Assembly: GCF_022701215.1 (NCBI RefSeq)
Contig: NZ_CP089976.1
Location: forward strand, 1,980,001 to 2,012,000
DNA length: 32,000 nt
Reading direction: 5' to 3'
DNA from: Moraxella nasovis
Lineage (GTDB): Bacteria; Pseudomonadota; Gammaproteobacteria; Pseudomonadales; Moraxellaceae
Shown here: piece after piece, positions 24,787 through 32,000 of the stretch
How positions within the stretch are numbered: position 1 is the stretch's first letter
How the letters are laid out: each line of letters opens with the position of its first letter
Notes under the pieces: model-generated
What the model was told of the DNA's origin: nothing
The model's input: the letters and a program-made list of their open reading frames with translations, nothing else
The model's database searches: none
Made by a program: the position numbers and the translations under genes

Positions 24787-25665
24787 TTCATAGGGGTATT
24801 GCACTTGCAGCAGGTCTATAAGTGCTTGGGTGCTGCCAGAACGAGTTAGATTTGGGTTGGTCACCACGCCTAAGTGACGCTGTAATTCAATATCGTCTGC
24901 CATGTCAATCTTGACCAAATCTTGATTGATTAAAGTCTCTGGCAATACCGACCAGCCTAAGCCTATTGAGACAAGCATACGTATGGATTCAAGTGGATTG
25001 GTACTCATTGTGGCATAAGGACGTAAATTGTGCTTACCAAATTCTGCCAAAGTGATTTGACTGGTAAAGGTATTTGCCGCAGGCAATATGGCAGGGTGAT
25101 GGGCAAGCTGTAAAAGGCTGACGTCGCTTTTTTGGGCAAGTGTGCTGAGCGTCCCTGTTACAAAATACAGCGGATCTGACCATAGTGTATGGTACTGCAA
25201 TCTGCGATCATAGGTAGGCGGTAGGGTTAAGAATGCTAAAGCAACATCACCATCGAGTACGGCTTTATGTGCCTCTTCACTATCCATAAATCGCACTTCA
25301 AGCTGTACAGCAGGGTGGGTTTGGATAAATTGCTTAAGCACAGAAGAAAGATGGTGCAATCCGATATGGTGGCTTGTGCCGATAACAAGCTTCCCTGCAG
25401 CGATTTCCTTAGATTTTTGTAAATGAATGCGGCATAACTCATAGTCTTCAAGCCATTTTTTGGCATGGGGTAATAATTCATGTGCGGTCGCTGTTGGAAT
25501 AATGCCTCGACCGACTGTATCAAAGAGTGTTACGCCAAATTCTTCTTCTAGGTTTTTGATGCGTTTACTGACAGCAGGCTGGGTGATGAATAAGTTCTCG
25601 GCTGCACCAGAGATACTGCCCGTTTTCATCACGGTAATAAAAGTAGTTAGATTTGTAGTATTCAT
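24763..25665 (-). CDS. LysR-family transcriptional regulator, divergent from leuC
   Basis: The N-terminal wHTH (FITVMKTGSISGAAENLFITQPAVSKRIKNLEEEFG) is followed by a LysR substrate-binding domain. The ATG at 25665 has an AAGGA SD. Its 3' end overlaps ruvA by 24 nt. Confidence 0.85.
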   Translation of the reverse strand: MNTTNLTTFITVMKTGSISGAAENLFITQPAVSKRIKNLEEEFGVTLFDTVGRGIIPTATAHELLPHAKKWLEDYELCRIHLQKSKEIAAGKLVIGTSHHIGLHHLSSVLKQFIQTHPAVQLEVRFMDSEEAHKAVLDGDVALAFLTLPPTYDRRLQYHTLWSDPLYFVTGTLSTLAQKSDVSLLQLAHHPAILPAANTFTSQITLAEFGKHNLRPYATMSTNPLESIRMLVSIGLGWSVLPETLINQDLVKIDMADDIELQRHLGVVTNPNLTRSGSTQALIDLLQVQYPYESESRQSL

Positions 25666-25867
25666 GAAGATAGTCCTTATTTTCATAATAGAAAGCAGTA
25701 TTATAATAAATTTTTTGTTATAGATAAACCAATTTCTAGAAATTTTAGTTAAAATTAATCATTTTCTTATAATTAGCTAAACTTTATATTTTATATTCGA
25801 CTTTATATTTATAAAAATAAGGAATTAAAAAAATAAAAAATAATAAATAATTATTATTATAAAGCTA

Positions 25868-25876
25868 TGCTATACT
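25868..25876 (+). promoter_or_regulatory. extended -10-like element (TGCTATACT) upstream of leuC
   Basis: It fits the TGnTATAcT pattern and lies 80 nt upstream of the leuC ATG in a very AT-rich spacer. Confidence 0.35.
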
Positions 25877-25955
25877 GCTTTTAAACAAACTATAGCCTAG
25901 CTTTAAACACACCCCAACTTACGCTTGCTAAGATATAGACATAACGGAGCAACTC

Positions 25956-27374
25956 ATGGTAGGCAAAACCCTATACGATAAATTATGGCAAGACCATTTG
26001 GTCAAACAGCGTGATGATGGCTCGGCACTCATCTATATTGACCGCCATTTATTGCATGAAGTAACTAGCCCCCAAGCTTTTGAAGGCTTATCTTTGGCAG
26101 GGCGGACACCTTGGCGATTGTCTGCTAATATCGCAACGCCTGACCATAACGTCCCCACTTCCACTTTTGAGCGTACACAAGGCATTAGCGGCATTAGCGA
26201 TGACATCTCACGCATTCAAGTCAAAACGCTTGATGACAACTGCAAAAATTTTAATGTCATGCAGTTTGGTATTAATGACGAACGCCAAGGCATTGTGCAT
26301 GTGGTCGGGCCTGAGCAAGGGCTTGTTTTACCGGGTATGACGGTGGTGTGCGGTGATAGTCATACTGCCACGCATGGGGCTTTGGGCTGTTTGGCACATG
26401 GTATTGGCACAAGTGAAGTGGAACACGTCTTGGCAACAGGGTGCTTGATTGCCAAAAAAATGAAAAATATGCGTATCGTGGTTGATGGCAGACTTGCCAA
26501 AGGCGTAACGCCAAAAGACGTGGTGCTGGCGATTATCGGTAACATTGGTACGGCTGGTGGTACAGGCTATGCCATTGAATTTGCAGGCGAAGTATTCAAT
26601 GATATGTCTATTGAAGGGCGTATGACTGTTTGTAATATGGCGATTGAAGCTGGGGCAAGGGTGGGACTTGTGGCGGTGGACGATAAAACCATTGACTATG
26701 TCAAAGGTCGTCCTTATGCACCCACAGGCGAGGATTGGGAGTGTGCGGCTACTTATTGGCGGTCGTTGCATTCTGACGAAGGGGCTGTCTTTGATAAAGA
26801 GATTTGGCTTGATGGCAGTCAAATTGCACCGCAGGTATCGTGGGGGACATCGCCTGAAATGGTGGTGGACATCACCCAATCTGTTCCGACTTTGCAGATG
26901 GCAAAAGATGAGACGCAAAAGGCAGATTGGCAACGTGCCTATGCTTATATGGGGCTGACAGCAGGTCAGTCATTAAGCGACATCAAGCTTGACCGTGTAT
27001 TTATTGGGTCGTGTACCAATTCACGCATTGAAGATTTGCGAGCGGCGGCAAGCGTGATAAAAGGTCGCAAAGTAGCGGATACTATCAAAGAAGCGTTGGT
27101 GGTGGCAGGCTCTGGATTGGTTAAAGCCCAAGCCGAACAAGAAGGTTTGGACAAAATCTTTAAAGAGGCAGGGTTTGAATGGCGGCAGCCGGGGTGTTCT
27201 ATGTGCCTTGCGATGAATGCTGATAAACTTAAAGCAGGTGAGCATTGTGCCAGTACCAGTAACCGTAATTTTGAAGGTCGTCAAGGCAATGGTGGACGCA
27301 CGCACCTTGTCAGTCCAGAAATGGCGGCAGCGGCAGCGATAGCAGGGCATTTTGTGGACGTGCGGACGTTTTGA
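25956..27374 (+). CDS. leuC: 3-isopropylmalate dehydratase large subunit
   Basis: It has aconitase-family motifs ([44 protein letters not shown]) and full-length collinearity. Confidence 0.95.
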   Translation: MVGKTLYDKLWQDHLVKQRDDGSALIYIDRHLLHEVTSPQAFEGLSLAGRTPWRLSANIATPDHNVPTSTFERTQGISGISDDISRIQVKTLDDNCKNFNVMQFGINDERQGIVHVVGPEQGLVLPGMTVVCGDSHTATHGALGCLAHGIGTSEVEHVLATGCLIAKKMKNMRIVVDGRLAKGVTPKDVVLAIIGNIGTAGGTGYAIEFAGEVFNDMSIEGRMTVCNMAIEAGARVGLVAVDDKTIDYVKGRPYAPTGEDWECAATYWRSLHSDEGAVFDKEIWLDGSQIAPQVSWGTSPEMVVDITQSVPTLQMAKDETQKADWQRAYAYMGLTAGQSLSDIKLDRVFIGSCTNSRIEDLRAAASVIKGRKVADTIKEALVVAGSGLVKAQAEQEGLDKIFKEAGFEWRQPGCSMCLAMNADKLKAGEHCASTSNRNFEGRQGNGGRTHLVSPEMAAAAAIAGHFVDVRTF

Positions 27375-27382
27375 TTTTGACC

Positions 27383-27420
27383 AATGAACGCGCTAAGATA
27401 AACTAGTGCGTTCATTTTGG
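27383..27420 (+). terminator. terminator-like hairpin directly after leuC, inside the leu cluster
   Basis: AATGAACGC (27383-27391) pairs with GCGTTCATT (27408-27416), followed by TTGG. The T-run is partly within the stem. Confidence 0.45.
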
Positions 27421-27462
27421 AGAAAATTATGCTGTTATCAATTTTTGAGCAACATTAATCAA

Positions 27463-27615
27463 ATGGTTCAGCATTTGGATAATGCCGTCAAAATACAATT
27501 GATTGAGCAGTTACAAAAAGATATTGCCAATAAACCACCTGATGATTTATCAAAATTCACCCCAAGAAATGATTTGGTTGTGGGTAACTTTGATGATTTG
27601 GGAAATATCAGTTAG
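27463..27615 (+). CDS. short antitoxin-like ORF upstream of the PIN pseudogene (possibly itself decayed)
   Basis: The 50-codon ORF ends 16 nt before the PIN start and has a C-terminal acidic GNFDDLGNIS tail. There is no SD. A separate SD+ATG at 27429 opens only a 9-codon frame, suggesting frameshift decay. Confidence 0.3.
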   Translation: MVQHLDNAVKIQLIEQLQKDIANKPPDDLSKFTPRNDLVVGNFDDLGNIS

Positions 27616-27631
27616 GAAAAGGAGTTAAGTC

Positions 27632-28011
27632 TTGAATTTCCCCAATAGTGTATGTCTTGATACTCATGCGGTTGTTTGGCTTGAAAATGGCGAAATATAT
27701 AGATTTGGTAAACGGTCGCTAGATTATTTGGCAAATTGTCGTTTGCTGATACAGTTATTTAAAATATTGCTAATAAAGCAAATTTTAATATTTACCAAAA
27801 ATCTTGGTTTGATAAAAATCTTGGTTTGATAAAAATCTTGGTTTGATAAAAATCTTGGTTTGATAAAAATCTTGGTTTGATAAAAATCTTGGTTTGATGC
27901 TGTTAATATCGCCTTGCATTGCAATTTTACTAAAGACGCATTTGACGCTTGATTATCACACATGCCATGATAGATAATAGCATGCTAATCAGTACAGATG
28001 AAAAAAATTAA
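27632..28011 (+). pseudogene. vapC-like PIN-domain toxin gene, disrupted by a tandem array and a 1-nt frameshift
   Basis: The N-terminal CLDTHAVVWLENGE (PIN LDTHxxxW signature) follows an AAGGAG SD. The C-terminal KDAFD / RLIITHAMIDNSMLISTDEKN matches the PIN DPFDRLIIAQA...T.D end if one nt is restored near 27946-27948. Stops occur inside the 17-bp repeats. Confidence 0.6.
27797..27898. repeat. perfect tandem repeat, 6 x 17 bp (AAAAATCTTGGTTTGAT)
   Basis: Six identical head-to-tail units were counted directly: 27797-27813, 27814-27830, 27831-27847, 27848-27864, 27865-27881 and 27882-27898. Confidence 0.97.
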
Positions 28012-28085
28012 CTAAGCATTATACCAATTATGTTTGGTAAAATTTCAGCAATTAAATTTTGTAAAACAATCACAAGGAAAATCCC

Positions 28086-28616
28086 ATGAATCTAACTGCC
28101 AACACCTACCTAGATGTCCGTAATCCCACCCAGCCCACAGGCGAGATGATATTGACCTGTGCCGATATTGCCAATGAAAGCACATTATCTAATGACTATG
28201 TCGCCAATATTTGGGGCTATACAGGGGGTAATATCAGCCCAGAATTGATGTGGCAAAATGCCCCCAAAGACACCAAAAGTTTTGTCATCACGCTATTTGA
28301 CCCTGACGCACCCACAGGCTCTGGCTTTTGGCATTGGAATGTGTTTAATATTCCTGCTGATTGGACGGCATTACCCAAAAATAAATCCAATGATTTTGGT
28401 GATGGTATTATTGAGCTTAAAAATGACGCAGGACTAACTGGCTTTATTGGGGCATTTCCACCCAAAGGCGATAAACCACACCGCTATATTTTTACGCTAT
28501 ACGCCCTAAATGAAAAACTGGATTTAAACAATAGCATTAGCCCTGCGGTATTGGGATTTAATTTAAATGGTAAAGTTTTGGCGACAGCTAAATTGACGGC
28601 TTATTATCATTGGTAA
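28086..28616 (+). CDS. YbhB/YbcL-family PEBP (Raf kinase inhibitor-like) protein
   Basis: It has the DPDAPTGSGFWHWNVFNIP and PPKGDKPHRYIFTLYAL signatures of bacterial PEBP. An AAGGA SD precedes the start. Confidence 0.88.
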   Translation: MNLTANTYLDVRNPTQPTGEMILTCADIANESTLSNDYVANIWGYTGGNISPELMWQNAPKDTKSFVITLFDPDAPTGSGFWHWNVFNIPADWTALPKNKSNDFGDGIIELKNDAGLTGFIGAFPPKGDKPHRYIFTLYALNEKLDLNNSISPAVLGFNLNGKVLATAKLTAYYHW

Positions 28617-28626
28617 TTATTGAACA

Positions 28627-29004
28627 ATGAAAGAAAATAGCGATTTTTTAGACTTTTATAGAAATATCACATTTTCTGATAACTATGATGTTAATTCATT
28701 TATTGGTAAATGGATTGATGATGCGATTTGGTCGGATGAAGAGTATATCAAATTAGAAAAATCGCTATTGACTATTCAAAAAGCATATCCCTATCCAACC
28801 GATATTCCAAGAGAAATTATCATATCACTTTATAGAATTATTGAGTTGATGATGATACCAAATTGGTTAGATTTTGATGTTGAAAAATCCAATCTGAATG
28901 ATGAGAGTGATATCTTTGATAGATTTGAGAGATTAAAATTGGTCATTTCTTATGTTTTGTCTGGCAATGATATTCAAGAAATAGGATTTGGTTATAATCC
29001 ATAA
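28627..29004 (+). CDS. hypothetical all-alpha acidic protein (immunity-protein-like; speculative)
   Basis: The 125-codon ORF is very AT-rich and starts 10 nt after the PEBP stop. It has no signal peptide and no motif I can assign. Confidence 0.55.
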   Translation: MKENSDFLDFYRNITFSDNYDVNSFIGKWIDDAIWSDEEYIKLEKSLLTIQKAYPYPTDIPREIIISLYRIIELMMIPNWLDFDVEKSNLNDESDIFDRFERLKLVISYVLSGNDIQEIGFGYNP

Positions 29005-29067
29005 TTATTTGTTAAAATTAAGGCAATCTATTTGGATTATCTTATTTTTTTGAAATTAAGGTGTAAA

Positions 29068-29715
29068 ATGAAAAAATACCTAACCGAAATCGGCATTGTT
29101 GCCCCATTAGACCGTGCCAATGTAGATACCGATTTAATTATCCCCAAGCAGTTTTTAAAATCCATCAAACGCACAGGGTTTGGTGATAATTTATTTGATG
29201 AACTGCGTTATTTGGACGAAGGCTACTTGGGGCAAGACATCAATAAACGCCCCAAAAATCCTGATTTTATCTTAAATCAAGACCGCTATGCCAACGCCAC
29301 CATCTTGCTTGCTCGTGCTAATTTTGGCTGTGGGTCTAGCCGTGAACACGCACCGTGGGCGTTGAATGAATTTGGGTTTCGCACGGTGATCGCCCCAAGT
29401 TTTGCTGATATTTTTTATAATAACTGTTTTAAAAACGGAATGCTCCCTGTTATTTTAAAAGAAAGTGAAATTGATGAATTATTCAAAGAATGTTTTGATA
29501 ATATCGGCTACCAATTAACGGTGGATTTGGCAAATCAAAAAGTGATTAGCCCAAGTGGTAAAGAATACCATTTTGAAGTTGATGAATTTCGTAAGCATTG
29601 CTTGCTTAATGGCTTAGATGATATTGGTTTGACGTTGCAAAATAGCGATGAAATTCGTGCCTTTGAAGAAAAGGCGAGAGCGGATAGACCTTGGGTGTTT
29701 AGAGAGTTAAGATGA
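29068..29715 (+). CDS. leuD: 3-isopropylmalate dehydratase small subunit
   Basis: It is collinear with E. coli LeuD ([58 protein letters not shown]). The ATG at 29068 matches the homolog start. Confidence 0.95.
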   Translation: MKKYLTEIGIVAPLDRANVDTDLIIPKQFLKSIKRTGFGDNLFDELRYLDEGYLGQDINKRPKNPDFILNQDRYANATILLARANFGCGSSREHAPWALNEFGFRTVIAPSFADIFYNNCFKNGMLPVILKESEIDELFKECFDNIGYQLTVDLANQKVISPSGKEYHFEVDEFRKHCLLNGLDDIGLTLQNSDEIRAFEEKARADRPWVFRELR

Positions 29716-30358
29716 ATGAAAAACTTATTTTTATCATCTTCTTTGTTTGATGTTGCAAAATTTTTGCCGAGTTTTTTAAGTGGTATTGACAAAAATAAGC
29801 AATTTAAAAGCGTGGCTTTTATTGATGTTGCCAGTCAAATAGAAGAGTATAAAGCCAATATTGACCGTGCCAAATGTGCTTTTGATGAGCTTGGTTTTTT
29901 GATTGAAATGATTGACTTTAACCAATCATCTGATGACATCAAAAAATCCATTGTTTATTGCGATATGGTTTATGTTGCTGGTGGTAATACGCCTTATTTA
30001 TTAGAGAAATTAAAAGCCAAAAATTTATTAGAGCAATTAAAAGCCAAAAAGATTGATGTTTTTTTTAATTGAATGGATTGGACAAGGCAAACCCTATATC
30101 GGTGAGAGTGCAGGCAGTGCCATTTTGGCTCAGGATATTAAATATATTTTACCACTAGAAAATGAAGTAGAGCGATTTGATGATTTTGTTGGATTGGGTG
30201 TGATAGATTTTTATCCTTTGGTGCATTTTGGTGATAAACCATTTGATGAAGCTACCAAAACGATTTTTGATAATTATTCATCAAAAGATAAAATGATAGC
30301 ATTAAACAATCGGCAAGCATTGATAATCTATGACAATAAAATGTTAATTCCATCTTAA
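29716..30358 (+). pseudogene. S51 peptidase (dipeptidase E-like) gene split by a +1 frameshift in a T8 tract
   Basis: Two adjacent ORFs (29716-30072 and 30053-30358) together give the family pattern (VAFIDVAS, VYVAGGNT, YIGESAGS). Removing one T from T8 (30059-30066) fuses them as ...KKIDVFLIEWIGQGKPYIGESAGS. Confidence 0.7.
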
Positions 30359-30378
30359 TTAAATCAAAAGGTAATCCT

Positions 30379-31449
30379 ATGACCAAACACATCGCCATCT
30401 TAGAAGGAGATGGTATTGGACCTGAAATTATCCAGCAGGCGGTCAAAGTCTTGGATAAATTAAAATCGCAAGGGCTTGACGTGTCCTATGAATACGGACT
30501 TTTGGGCGGGTCGGCATATGACAAGTACGGCAAGCCTTACCCAGATGAGACCCGCACGCTTTGCCAAAAGGCGGATGCCGTACTGCTTGGGGCGGTGGGG
30601 TCGCCACAGTATGACAGCTTGCCACGAGATGTCCGCCCTGAACGTGGACTACTTGCCATTCGCCGTGATTTAAATTTATTTGCCAATCTGCGTCCTGCGA
30701 TTTTATATAAGGAGCTGGCGAACGCTTCTACTTTAAAGCCTGATGTGGTGGCAGGGCTTGATATTTTGATAGTCAGAGAGCTGACAGGCGACATTTATTT
30801 TGGCGAGCCACGGGGTATTCGTGTGCTTGAAAACGGCGAGCGTGAAGGCTTTAATACGATGAAATATTCAGAGAGCGAGATTTATCGTATCGCCCATGTG
30901 TCGTTTAGGTCGGCTCAAAAACGACACAAAAAACTGTGTAGCGTAGACAAAGCCAATGTGTTAGAAACCACCGAGCTTTGGAGACAGATTTTTAATGACG
31001 TTGCCAAAGAGTATCCAGATGTTGAGCTTAGTCATATGTATGTGGACAATGCGGCAATGCAACTTGTCAAAAACCCCAAACAGTTTGATGTGATTGCCAC
31101 AGGTAATATTTTTGGTGATATTTTGTCAGATTTGGCAAGTATGCTCACAGGCTCCATCGGTATGCTCCCATCAGCCAGCCTAAATGAGACTGGCAAAGGG
31201 CTGTATGAGCCAAGCCATGGCTCAGCCCCTGATATTGCAGGTCTTGATAAAGCCAATCCACTTGCCACGATTTTGTCACTCGCCATGCTTGTGCGGTATA
31301 GTTTGGGTGATGAAAGCCGTGCTGTACAAATTGAGACAGCGGTACAAAACGTGCTAAAACAAGGCTATCGTACAGCGGATATTTTTGAAGATGGTTGTAC
31401 GCTTGTTGGCTGTGAACAAATGGGGGATTTGGTAGCTAATTGCCTGTAA
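30379..31449 (+). CDS. leuB: 3-isopropylmalate dehydrogenase
   Basis: It has full-length LeuB motifs ([51 protein letters not shown]). Confidence 0.95.
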   Translation: MTKHIAILEGDGIGPEIIQQAVKVLDKLKSQGLDVSYEYGLLGGSAYDKYGKPYPDETRTLCQKADAVLLGAVGSPQYDSLPRDVRPERGLLAIRRDLNLFANLRPAILYKELANASTLKPDVVAGLDILIVRELTGDIYFGEPRGIRVLENGEREGFNTMKYSESEIYRIAHVSFRSAQKRHKKLCSVDKANVLETTELWRQIFNDVAKEYPDVELSHMYVDNAAMQLVKNPKQFDVIATGNIFGDILSDLASMLTGSIGMLPSASLNETGKGLYEPSHGSAPDIAGLDKANPLATILSLAMLVRYSLGDESRAVQIETAVQNVLKQGYRTADIFEDGCTLVGCEQMGDLVANCL

Positions 31450-31475
31450 TTTTTTGATTGATCGAACATGAGAAT

Positions 31476-31515
31476 AAATCGGGATTGGGTATCAGTTCCG
31501 ATTTTATTATTTTAT
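31476..31515 (+). terminator. Rho-independent terminator after leuB
   Basis: AAATCGGGA (31476-31484) pairs with TTCCGATTT (31496-31504), followed by a T-rich tail. Confidence 0.5.
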
Positions 31516-31597
31516 AGGCAGATATTTTATTTTCACATTGTCGGGTGGTGGTTTTTTATTGTAAAATGGTTGATAAGTCATTTTTAAGGGGGATAAG

Positions 31598-32000
31598 ATG
31601 AGATTAAAAGTATTAACAGGCGTAATTTTAGTGGTGCTTGGTTTGGCAGGGTGTCAAGATGCCAACACTTTTCAAAGACCTGTGGTTAATCAAGAGCAAA
31701 ACGCCACCACGCCAAAAATTGATGAGCAAAAAAGCATTTCTGATACGCTAAAGGCGGTTGATGAGAATCTTGCCAATGTCGCCAAAGGCATTAAAAAAGT
31801 AACTTTTAAGGAAGTGCCGGTAGAATACACCCTTCCAAAATCAGTCTCATCGGTGTGTAAAGCTGAACCAGATTGGGAAAAACAAGAAATCGCCTGCCCA
31901 AATATCAATATCTCAGTAGCCGACGTTGAACCTAAATGGATTGAGCGGTCGGTTAATCTTGCCATTACAAATGATGATAATCCAAAATTACTCAAATTTC
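31598..32000 (+). CDS. lipoprotein, 5' part (continues beyond the window)
   Basis: ATG at 31598 follows GGGGGA. The signal peptide carries the lipobox LAGC (MRLKVLTGVILVVLGLAGCQD). The frame stays open to the window end. It is absent from the ORF track because no stop is present. Confidence 0.6.
   Translation, partial: MRLKVLTGVILVVLGLAGCQDANTFQRPVVNQEQNATTPKIDEQKSISDTLKAVDENLANVAKGIKKVTFKEVPVEYTLPKSVSSVCKAEPDWEKQEIACPNINISVADVEPKWIERSVNLAITNDDNPKLLKF

Noticed and set aside
25687-25955. A search for a leucine-rich leader peptide/attenuator upstream of leuC
   Set aside because: The only mini-ORF seen (ATGCTATACTGCTTTTAA, MLYCF) lacks a Leu run and overlaps the predicted -10. No alternative hairpins are evident in this extremely AT-rich spacer.
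26272-27350. Several long antisense or alternate-frame ORFs inside leuC (for example 26328-26933 minus, 201 aa; 27021-27350 minus; 26644-26958 plus)
   Set aside because: They lie wholly within the strongly supported leuC frame. Their Arg/His/Cys-rich compositions are typical of out-of-frame translation of a GC-richer gene, and they lack SD sequences.
27797-27898. The possibility that the tandem array is a CRISPR array
   Set aside because: The units abut directly with no spacers, they are only 17 bp long, and no cas genes or leader are present.
27724-27963. A 79-aa minus-strand ORF with an internal peptide repeat (NQDFYQTKIFIKPRFL x2)
   Set aside because: It is an artefact of translating the 17-bp tandem array. 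The peptide periodicity simply mirrors 3 x 17 = 51 bp, and there are no start signals.
31690-31995. A 101-aa minus-strand ORF at the right edge
   Set aside because: It is antisense to a plus-strand frame that has an SD, a signal peptide and a lipobox (31598 onward) and stays open to the window end. The minus ORF has no start context.

Overview
This is a 32-kb chromosomal window from an AT-rich gammaproteobacterium. The housekeeping proteins look Moraxellaceae-like, which is inference only. The core genes are dusB, a GacA/UvrY-type response regulator, a pbpG-like endopeptidase, thiE, mfd, queH, a HIT protein, an rlpA-like gene, pgk, fba, ruvA, a LysR regulator and leuC/leuD/leuB. Three accessory insertions interrupt this backbone. 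(1) A phage-derived remnant lies at about 0.25-1.15 kb (LydA-like holin, tail-fibre-assembly-like ORF). Next to it is a promoter-driven 17-codon hydrophobic peptide. (2) A visibly AT-richer island of about 10.5 kb (about 10.0-20.5 kb) lies between the HIT gene and the rlpA-like gene. It holds a translationally coupled RHH-antitoxin/toxin pair, one uninterrupted 2510-codon multidomain ('polyvalent'-type) ORF, a small unknown ORF and a 5'-truncated P4-type integrase. The giant ORF contains an embedded NADAR domain, an HEXXH zincin and nuclease-like modules. No virion, conjugation or att/tRNA features are visible. This island is the main candidate for an undescribed conflict system. (3) A cassette splits leuC from leuD and carries a decayed vapBC pair, a perfect 6 x 17-bp tandem array, a PEBP protein and an immunity-like ORF. 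A homopolymer-frameshifted S51 peptidase gene sits between leuD and leuB. I saw no rRNA, tRNA or CRISPR. All domain calls come from by-eye motif alignment and need profile searches.
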